Assembly: GCA_037445715.1 (NCBI GenBank)
Contig: JBBIJZ010000004.1
Span: forward strand, 18,194-81,929
Length of the DNA stretch: 63,736 nt
Origin: Verrucomicrobiales bacterium
Lineage (GTDB): Bacteria; Verrucomicrobiota; Verrucomicrobiia; Limisphaerales; J093
Reading direction: 5' to 3'
Below, one piece after another: positions 9,601-15,735 of the stretch (its first letter is position 1; every line of letters begins with the position of its first letter). The notes under the pieces are model-generated. The model was not told the origin of the DNA. It saw only the letters and a program-made list of their open reading frames with translations, and did no database searches. The position numbers were made by a program, and so were the translations under genes.

Positions 9601-11637
9601 GTACTTCCGCTCGAGCCGGGCGGCACGGTCCACTTCAACAACCGCGTGTCCCTGGCCGGCGTGGATGCCCCGGTGTTTGAAGCGGACGGGACCACGCCGC
9701 TGGCAGGTCCAGCCTACCTGGCCCAGTTGTTTGCCGGCCTCGCACCGGACGCCCTCGATCCGGTGGGCGCGGCGGTCCCGTTCAGCACCGGCGCGGCGGC
9801 CGGTTACATCGTAGGCGGAGTGGTGGTCATTCCCGGGGTGGCACCCGGCGCCCTGGCTCACGTGCAGATGCGGGTGTGGGAATCGGCCAAGGGACCGGAT
9901 TATGCCTCGGCCCTGCGGGCGGGTAGCAAGACGGGCGTTTCCGGCGTGTTGTCACTGACCACCGGCGGCGCCGGCGCCCCTCCTTCTTTTCCGGCGGAGC
10001 TGGTCGGTCTGGAAAGCTTCCGGATCGGGCTGGAAACCGAACCGCCGGTGGTGACGCTGACTTCGCCCGCCGCGGGCCTGACGGATGATGACCGCTTCGT
10101 CTTGGACGGCACGGCCGAGGACAATGTCGCCGTGGTCTCCCTGACCTGGGAATGGAACGGACGCCAGATGGGAGAGTTGGCGCTGGAAGGGGGGCGTTTC
10201 GAGCGGGCCGGCTTGCGGTGGGCGCGCGGTGAAAACCGGCTGCGGGTCCTTGCACGCGACCCCGCCGACAACACTGCCGAGGCCGAGGTGCTGGTGACGT
10301 ATGAACCTGCCCGCCTGCTCACCCTGAACCTGCCGACCGCGGTGCGGGAAGGGCATCGGCTCGCCAGCGATCTGGTCTTCCGCAACTCCGGGGGCGTGGG
10401 CGGCCTGACCGTGCTGTTGCAGTACGATCCCGAGCGCTTCCGCGATCCGGTCTGGACCTGGTCCGATGTCCCGGCGTTGAGCGCGGCGCTGACGGAAGTG
10501 AATCTGCAGGAAACCGGCCTCGTTCGCGCCACACTTTCCCTGCCCGGAAGCGAACTACCCGCCGGCGCGGTCCCCCTGGCCACCCTGTCTTTGCGTGCCC
10601 GCAGCGTTCCTGAATCCATGACCACGGAGCTGGTTCCCCTGCTTGCCGACGTGGCTGACCGCTCAGGCACCCGGCTCGATCATGGCAACGGTGCCAACGC
10701 CGGCAGCGTAGAAATCCTCCGCCGCCGACTGCCCGGCGACAGCAACGGCAACGACGCCCTGGACGTGGGCGATGCCGCCCTGATCCAGCGCCTGATCACG
10801 CTCCTGGACCCGGTCCGGACCTGGGATGTGACCGGCAACGACCTCAACGGCAGCCAAACCCTTGATCCGGGTGATGTGGTCAAGATCCTGCGGGTGGTTG
10901 TGGGCCTTGACCCAGCCCCGGCTCCGCTCGGGCCGGGCCGCGCCTCGAGGGGGGAGCGGGGCCGCCCCACACTCACTGCTCCCCGCCCGTCGGCGGCGCC
11001 GGCCACCACGCTGATGGTGGAGGCCGACCGCCTTGCGCTCTGGCCGGGAGAACGCGTGACGGTCCGCGTGCGTGTGGCCCGGCCGCCCGCAGGGCTTGCC
11101 GGTCTGAGCTTCCAGGTGCTGTACCCGCCCCACGGTCTCCAACTACTGAGTCCGGACCCGCCTTCGGCTGGTCCGGCGGTTCCCGCCGGCGCTACCACCT
11201 TGATCCGCACTGACGCGATCCGCGGTGTGGTGCACTTTGCCGCCGCTGGACCCGTCTCCTGGACCGAACTGGATGCCCCGGTGCTGGAGTTAACCTTCGT
11301 GGTGCTGCCTGCCAGCGGGACGGCCCCGATCGAGATGGAGGTCGTGGCGGGCCAGGTCACCTGGGACCACGGCTATGAAGTCGCCGCCCTGCCGCCCAGC
11401 GGGCTGGTGCTGCAACCCCAACTGCCGCGCTTGGGGTCGGTGACGCTCACCCCGGACGACGGCGTCGTGCTTGAATTGACGAGCGTGTCCGGCCTGACCT
11501 ACCGGCTCGAAGTCTCCGAGGACCTGCGCACCTGGGAGCCCTTGGACACGCGCGTCAGCACCGGCCAGACCCTGCGCTGGACCGATCCCGCGACAGGCCG
11601 GCCCGCCCGGTTTTACCGGCTGGTGGTGGTGCCTTGA
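6676..11637 (+). CDS. giant secreted multidomain surface protein: FG-GAP/VCBS repeats + ASPIC/UnbV (CRTAC1-like), FN3/chitobiase-C-like modules, 4 Ig (I-set-like) domains, cohesin-dockerin-cohesin region, C-terminal FYRL module
   Basis: ATG at 6676 preceded by AAGGAAGG, followed by a signal-like MKPSNIEPFLLLGLAMHVG. There are 8 or more repeats of W(G/A)D(Y/F)D(N/G)DG..DL(F/Y)(V/L). A UnbV_ASPIC-like block reads RVRVQT...VAYDGWGGSSDVAHFGLGSAEEVEELQVRWPSG. Four Ig units match P..F.W(Y/W).N......L......DAG.Y.V.V.N. Two dockerin-like EF-hand repeats (GDSNGNDALDVGDAALIQRLI, DLNGSQTLDPGDVVKILRVVVG) lie at about 10735..10908, flanked by cohesin-like beta domains. Confidence 0.85.
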   Translation: MKPSNIEPFLLLGLAMHVGIPAGTCQVPPSFVASGGVYLPNEGNYPSAAWADINGDGWVDLFVTGSTDSPNQTRWCAFFTNQRNGSFLWQPWFPDVTAGWSGCTWGDYDNDGHVDLFLARSTGGPGRLFRNLGGGNFRMVTTWFDHGEGWIEERPWGIWGAAGAAAWGDFDGDGYLDLFLTNPWGPCSLWRNSRDGLLVPVSNSEVEQIIGGRGCAWGDYDNDGDADLFVAVGDNRNNALFRNEQGSLVRITTGDVVNDGGYSMSGAWGDYDQDGNLDLYVANRYGPNFLYHNNGDGSFTRVTRGPLVEDVADSNGCTWADYDNDSHLDLFVANFSRSFEGLGEDPLVLVYRNLGNGTFHRKTEIIEAGVTMATVLDDYDRDGFLDLFVSQGKNTETGSHTFRNLGNSNHWLRVRLQPAPGRTHLGSRVRVQTVTQGAPRWQMREVVAYDGWGGSSDVAHFGLGSAEEVEELQVRWPSGAVSTYRRVAANQLLTVREAGPPLQISPDHNFFSGSLQVTITNLRPDSEVRYTVDGTEPTADSLLYSGPISLTRSTLVRALLFRGGQAVSEEVKALFLEERWNDSIPGSWREAHFGPAWFERDDVAALADADDDGANTLQEWLADTDPTDPASHPAEPVPLLVLDPPGGQFMLEVSIRTESPVAGAAIRYTVDGSEPGAGAPLLSEGRTTLTESATLKARAFYAGNPVSPVVEGTYTILPAAPRFVRQPVGHAVLAGETVEMVVEVAGTPPLTFQWWFHDTALPGAHEPVLRLPQVRPEQAGIYRVQVSNALGAVTSDPAVLVVNEPPRILSPPQAVSVPEGAPATFTVEAAGTPPLTFEWYRNNVRLPDAPNAPRFTIAAVTPEDAGQYHVRVLSPFGEASSPAVPLTVTAPPLLPEILAHPVGVEQREGEAAALAVTAIGAGPLTFQWYRNGQPLPEATTARLEWAALRRDDAGTYWVEVRNTAGSVVSQPVVVRVLPLEPGGTVHFNNRVSLAGVDAPVFEADGTTPLAGPAYLAQLFAGLAPDALDPVGAAVPFSTGAAAGYIVGGVVVIPGVAPGALAHVQMRVWESAKGPDYASALRAGSKTGVSGVLSLTTGGAGAPPSFPAELVGLESFRIGLETEPPVVTLTSPAAGLTDDDRFVLDGTAEDNVAVVSLTWEWNGRQMGELALEGGRFERAGLRWARGENRLRVLARDPADNTAEAEVLVTYEPARLLTLNLPTAVREGHRLASDLVFRNSGGVGGLTVLLQYDPERFRDPVWTWSDVPALSAALTEVNLQETGLVRATLSLPGSELPAGAVPLATLSLRARSVPESMTTELVPLLADVADRSGTRLDHGNGANAGSVEILRRRLPGDSNGNDALDVGDAALIQRLITLLDPVRTWDVTGNDLNGSQTLDPGDVVKILRVVVGLDPAPAPLGPGRASRGERGRPTLTAPRPSAAPATTLMVEADRLALWPGERVTVRVRVARPPAGLAGLSFQVLYPPHGLQLLSPDPPSAGPAVPAGATTLIRTDAIRGVVHFAAAGPVSWTELDAPVLELTFVVLPASGTAPIEMEVVAGQVTWDHGYEVAALPPSGLVLQPQLPRLGSVTLTPDDGVVLELTSVSGLTYRLEVSEDLRTWEPLDTRVSTGQTLRWTDPATGRPARFYRLVVVP

Positions 11638-11707
11638 AGGCCGGGTTCCCCCCCGGCGTCGCCCCGTCCACGCCCTGACTTGGGCGTGCCCCCTTCCGGG
11701 GCTTGCT

Positions 11708-12064
11708 CGGATGCGGCGTCGGCCATGCGGTCAACGGCGGTTGATCAGCACGCCCAGCAGCACCCCCACGCCGAAGGCCACGCCCATGCTTTCGTAGGGG
11801 TGGTCGCGGATGACGCGGTCGGCCGCCCTGGCGCCGGCGACAGCGCGGTCTTCGAGGCGGCGACAGGTCTCCTTGGCCTTGGCGAGGGATTCTTGCAGGC
11901 GGGCGCGCAGTTCGGCGGCCTTTTCGCCGGCCTCTTCGGCGCCGGACTTCAAGAACTGCTCGGCGTCGTGAATCAACACGCGCAGGTCTTCCACGAGTTT
12001 TTCCCGGGGCAGTCCGGAGGCTTCGGGTGTCATGTTGTGGTAATGCTCCTCCATAGCGTCTTGG
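11708..12064. repeat. direct repeat copy 2 (357 bp)
   Basis: See copy 1. This copy keeps only the first 19 nt of the yqjE-like gene (revcomp ATGGCCGACGCCGCATCCG) and then diverges, so it is the truncated junction. Confidence 0.9.
11731..12054 (-). CDS. ElaB/YqjD/DUF883-family protein (copy 2, protein identical to copy 1)
   Basis: The 107-aa translation is identical to 6159..6482. The single nucleotide difference is synonymous (GAA versus GAG, Glu codon 3). Confidence 0.8.
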   Translation of the reverse strand: MEEHYHNMTPEASGLPREKLVEDLRVLIHDAEQFLKSGAEEAGEKAAELRARLQESLAKAKETCRRLEDRAVAGARAADRVIRDHPYESMGVAFGVGVLLGVLINRR

Positions 12065-12148
12065 CGGCACTTTGCATTACGGCGCAGCGGAAGTCAAAAG
12101 GCCTTGATCCGGGTAAATGCTTTTTCGCGGCCTTCGTTCGAGGGCGCA

Positions 12149-13339
12149 TCAATTCCCGGGCGCGGCGCCGGGCAGGAATCGAATGCACACCGGACTGCCC
12201 ACCTCGCGGGTCTGGCCGAGGGGTTGCACGCGGCCGGTGGCCTCGTCCACCCGGAACATCACCAAGGTGTGCGAGGCCTGGTTGGCGGCCCAGAGGTAGC
12301 GGCCCGCGGGGTCCAGGGCAAAGTGGCGGGGCGTGCGGCCCTGGGTGGAGACGTGCTCCCGGCGCTCGAACCGTTGCGCCGCGGGGTCCAGGGCGAAGAC
12401 CGCCAAGCTGTCGTGACCGCGATTGGAGGCGAACACCCAGCGGCCGTTCGGATGCACCGCCACTTCGGCGGTGGTGTTGTCGCCGGAAAAACCTTCGGGC
12501 AGGGTGGACACGGTTTGCAAGGGCGCCAGCCGGCCGGTTTCCGGGTCGTAGTCCAGGAGCATCAAGGTGCTGGACAGTTCGTTGAGCAGCAGTACGCGTT
12601 TGCCGCCGGGGTGGAACGCCAGGTGCCGCGGGCCGGACCCGGGCGGCGTCTTGAAGGCATGAGCGGCGGGAGTCTCCAGTACGCCGCGCGCGGCGTCGAA
12701 GCGGTACACCATGACGTGGTCGGTACCCAGGTCGGCCACCAGGGCGTAACGGTTGTCCGGCGCCAGATTCACGGAGTGGACATGGGGCTGACGTTGGCGC
12801 TGGGGGTGTGCGCTTGCGCCGTGGTGTTGAACCACGCACGTGGGCGCTCCGAGCGCGCCGTCCTCCCGAATCGGCAACACCGCGACGCTCCCGCCGCCAT
12901 AATTGGCCACCAGGACGTGCCGCCCGGTCTTGTCCACCGTCAGGTGGCAGGGCCCCGCGCCGCCCGAGGCCTGCTGGTTGAGCCGGGTCAACTGTCCGGT
13001 CTGCCGGTCCACGGCGAACGCCAGGACCGAGCCGCCGGGAGTGTCCGCCGAAGCGTTGACCTCGCTCACGGCGTAGAGGAATCGCCCGCCGGGATGCAGC
13101 GCCAAGAACGACGGGTGCTCCGCCCGCGCCACACAGCCCAACGGCTCGGTCGCGCCGGTGCGCGCATCCACCCGGAACGCGTAAATCCCCTCGCTTTTGG
13201 CCCCGGTGTAGGTGCCGATGTAGGCGATGAGGCGGGGATGATCAGTGTCCGCGGTCGCGGCCCGGGCGGGTACCGATGGGACAACCATCGCCAGCATCAG
13301 GCAAGCCGCCCAAGCGGAAGGGGAAACGGGGGCCGGCAT
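12149..13339 (-). CDS. secreted 7-bladed beta-propeller lactonase (6-phosphogluconolactonase/YbhE-type family)
   Basis: Repeated blade motifs: HPSFLALHPGGRFLYAV, PCHLTVDKTGRHVLVANYGGGSVAV, HVHSVNLAPDNRYALVADLGTDHV, PRHLAFHPGGKRVLLLNE, AEVAVHPNGRWVFASNRG and PRHFALDPAGRYLWAAN. The start is set at ATG 13339 (MPAPVSPSAWAACLMLAMVVPSVPARAA, signal-like). The longer ORF to 13486 is not supported. Confidence 0.85.
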   Translation of the reverse strand: MPAPVSPSAWAACLMLAMVVPSVPARAATADTDHPRLIAYIGTYTGAKSEGIYAFRVDARTGATEPLGCVARAEHPSFLALHPGGRFLYAVSEVNASADTPGGSVLAFAVDRQTGQLTRLNQQASGGAGPCHLTVDKTGRHVLVANYGGGSVAVLPIREDGALGAPTCVVQHHGASAHPQRQRQPHVHSVNLAPDNRYALVADLGTDHVMVYRFDAARGVLETPAAHAFKTPPGSGPRHLAFHPGGKRVLLLNELSSTLMLLDYDPETGRLAPLQTVSTLPEGFSGDNTTAEVAVHPNGRWVFASNRGHDSLAVFALDPAAQRFERREHVSTQGRTPRHFALDPAGRYLWAANQASHTLVMFRVDEATGRVQPLGQTREVGSPVCIRFLPGAAPGN

Positions 13340-13462
13340 GGAATCTGGATTTCGGACGGATGGGGTCCGGGATTTCCCTGACCGACAGCAGGTTCCGGGA
13401 AAAACGAGCCGGTCAAGAAGGCAAGGTGTGGTTGTTTGGCGACAGGCTGGCGCACCGCAGTC

Positions 13463-13526
13463 AAAAACAAAAAACCCGACGGGCAAATTGAACGGGGACT
13501 GCTAGCCCTTTCATCCGCCCGTCGGG
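13463..13526 (-). terminator. intrinsic-terminator-like hairpin plus U-tract on the minus strand, with no annotated upstream gene
   Basis: The minus strand reads CCCGACGGGC-(32 nt)-GCCCGTCGGG followed by TTTTTTGTTTTT. The stem is a perfect 10 bp (13517..13526 pairs with 13475..13484). It lies inside the divergent intergenic region between 13339 and 13839. Confidence 0.5.
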
Positions 13527-13687
13527 CAGGGTCACAAACACTACAACCCTCTCATCACGCTGCCAGTGTACCACTCCCCGCTGCCGATGCAACAAACTTT
13601 TTTGACGCTTTGGCTGTCCAATGTTTTGCCGCCATCCCCTTCATTCTGCCGCATTTCGAGATGCTCGGCCAGACGGTCCCCCCGGGT

Positions 13688-13709
13688 GGGGCAAAAAAAA
13701 TTTTGCCCC
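13688..13709. repeat. A/T-cored palindrome GGGGCAAAA-AAAA-TTTTGCCCC flanked by direct GACGGTC repeats
   Basis: Perfect 9-bp arms. GACGGTC occurs at 13672..13678 and 13718..13724. A related palindrome is at 30844..30864. Confidence 0.4.
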
Positions 13710-13838
13710 CCCTTGGGGACGGTCGCACTCCCCTCGGCGGGACGGCGAACACCGGCCGATGTCCCTGCTCGTTTTTGCTGGCGTCTGCGCGGGCGCTCCC
13801 TAGATTTCCCAGCACACCCTTGAGCCTGTGAGGTAAAT

Positions 13839-14309
13839 ATGGACCTGACCTTCCACTGTCCGCATTGCCAGCAAGAATTGATCGTGGACGCCGCCGCCGC
13901 CGGCCAGGTGATCCAGTGCCCCACCTGCAGTGCCGAAATTGGGGTGCCAATGCCGGACGTGACCAACATCCGGCCCATGGACCCCATCCACAGCTCCGCC
14001 GCGGCTCGCGTGGAGCATCACTTCGTCGTACCCGTGCGCGAAGGGCCCCCCGAGGCGCTGATCCCCAAGGGCAAAAAGGAGGAGGAAGTCAGCGAGGGCC
14101 CCGAGAAGAAAATCAAAATCCGCATCTTTCGCCACAGCGATTGCATCGAGGTGGGCCGCGACCGGTACGAGGAGATGGTGGCCGCGTTTCTGAACAAGGT
14201 CGGCTGGGAAAACATCCTCAGCACCACGCCGCTGACCTACACGCACATTGACATCGCCACGCAGAAAATCCTCACCGACTACGCCATTCAGTTCATCTAC
14301 CGCGGCTAA
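13839..14309 (+). CDS. zinc-ribbon domain protein of unknown function
   Basis: ATG at 13839 with GAGG 6 nt upstream. The N-terminus has CPHC...17 aa...CPTC (a four-Cys ribbon), then a Lys/Glu-rich linker and a C-terminal globular ~70 aa. Composition is coding-like. Confidence 0.75.
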   Translation: MDLTFHCPHCQQELIVDAAAAGQVIQCPTCSAEIGVPMPDVTNIRPMDPIHSSAAARVEHHFVVPVREGPPEALIPKGKKEEEVSEGPEKKIKIRIFRHSDCIEVGRDRYEEMVAAFLNKVGWENILSTTPLTYTHIDIATQKILTDYAIQFIYRG

Positions 14310-14468
14310 ACGGCCACGCGGGACCCGAGTGCGGCGGACCACCGGCCGCGCCTGCACCAGGTCGGCACGGGGTTGGAGGTGACAAGCCGGGCCGTTTGTC
14401 CCAAGCTCACCGCGACGAGATCGAAGACCGTTTTCAACACACCAGAATCCGTTCCCATTTGCGAAGCC

Positions 14469-15734
14469 ATGAACACCGTCACCGAGCTCAAAATCTTCAA
14501 AGGCAACACCAAGGCCAGGGTCGAAGCCGAACTGTCGCACACCGGCGGACTGCTGCGGCTGGCCCCCTGCTGGGTGCCGCGTTCCTTTCTCCAGCCCGGC
14601 CTGCGCCTCAAGCTCCACCCCGACGACACCTACGCCTACGGCGCGCACCGGGGCGGCATTGACGAACGCTGGTTCGCCTCCACCACCGAGGCCGCCAACG
14701 AGGGCCGCGTGCCCGACGAGGGCCTTTCCTACGTCGTGGTCGGCCGCGAGCGCTTCACCCTGCGCAAGGCCGTCGAAGACTGCGGCGCGACGCTCGTCGG
14801 CCGGGCGATTTGGAAGAAGTACGGCCGGTGGCCCGTGTACTCGAAGTTCTTCGACAACATGGGGCCCATCCCCCACCACATGCACCAGAACGCCAAACAG
14901 GCCAAACTCGTCGGCCAGGAGGGCAAGCCCGAGAGCTACTACTTCCCGCCGCAGCACAACAACGTGGGCAACAACTTCCCCTACACCTTCTTCGGCCTCG
15001 AACCCGGCACCACCCAGGAACAGGTCCGCAAATGCCTCGAAGACTGGAACAAGGGCGACAACGGCATCCTCGACCTCTCCAAGGCCTACCGCCTCAAGCC
15101 CGGCACCGGCTGGTTGGTGGACCCCTGCATCCTGCACGCCCCGGGCAGCCTCTGCACCTACGAGCCGCAGTGGGGCAGCGACGTCTTCGCCATGTACCAA
15201 AGCATGGTCGAGGGCCGCTACGTGCCCTGGGACCTGCTGGTCAAGGACATGCCCCGGGAACGGCACCAGGACCTGGACTGGATCGTGGACCAGCTCGACT
15301 GGCCCAAGAACACCGACCCCAACTTCAAGGACCACCACTACCTCGAACCGATCCCCATCGGCGACACGGCCCGGGAAGGCTTCGTGGACCGGTGGATCGT
15401 CTATGGCCGCATTGACGGCGAACAGCTTTTCACCGCCAAGGAACTGACCGTGGACCCCGGCGCGAAATGCACCCTCAAGGACCAGGGCGCCTACGGCCTG
15501 ATCTGCGTGCAGGGCACCGGCCGCATCAACGGCCAGCCGCTCAACAGCCCCAAGCTCATCCGTTTCCACGAACTGACCGAGGACGAATACTTCGTCAGCG
15601 AGGACGGCGCCCGCGCCGGCGTCACCTTCGAGAACACCAGCCAGACCGAGCCGCTGGTCACGCTGCGCTACTTCGGCCCGGAGGTGAACCCCGACGCGCC
15701 GGAAGTCGGCGCGCACAAGCCGAAGGCCCGGTGA
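14469..15734 (+). CDS. cupin-fold protein, class-I phosphomannose-isomerase-like
   Basis: 421 aa from ATG 14469 (MNTVTELKIF...). A His cluster GPIPHHMHQ and a later ILHAPGSLCTYEPQWGSD resemble the metal-binding regions of type I PMI-like cupins. The family assignment is tentative. Confidence 0.65.
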   Translation: MNTVTELKIFKGNTKARVEAELSHTGGLLRLAPCWVPRSFLQPGLRLKLHPDDTYAYGAHRGGIDERWFASTTEAANEGRVPDEGLSYVVVGRERFTLRKAVEDCGATLVGRAIWKKYGRWPVYSKFFDNMGPIPHHMHQNAKQAKLVGQEGKPESYYFPPQHNNVGNNFPYTFFGLEPGTTQEQVRKCLEDWNKGDNGILDLSKAYRLKPGTGWLVDPCILHAPGSLCTYEPQWGSDVFAMYQSMVEGRYVPWDLLVKDMPRERHQDLDWIVDQLDWPKNTDPNFKDHHYLEPIPIGDTAREGFVDRWIVYGRIDGEQLFTAKELTVDPGAKCTLKDQGAYGLICVQGTGRINGQPLNSPKLIRFHELTEDEYFVSEDGARAGVTFENTSQTEPLVTLRYFGPEVNPDAPEVGAHKPKAR

Positions 15735-15735
15735 C

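Noticed and set aside
11640-11688. Two short hairpins (GCCGGG-TTCCCC-CCCGGC and CACGCCC-TGACTT-GGGCGTG) after the giant gene stop
   Set aside because: The stems are only 6-7 bp and lack U-tracts. They may contribute to termination between the convergent genes, but the evidence is too weak to annotate.
13688-13709. Sigma-54 promoter reading of the TGGCA/TTGC-containing palindromes (also at 30844..30864)
   Set aside because: The GG-to-GC spacing is 15-16 nt instead of the required 12, and no TGGCAC-N5-TTGC match exists on either strand.
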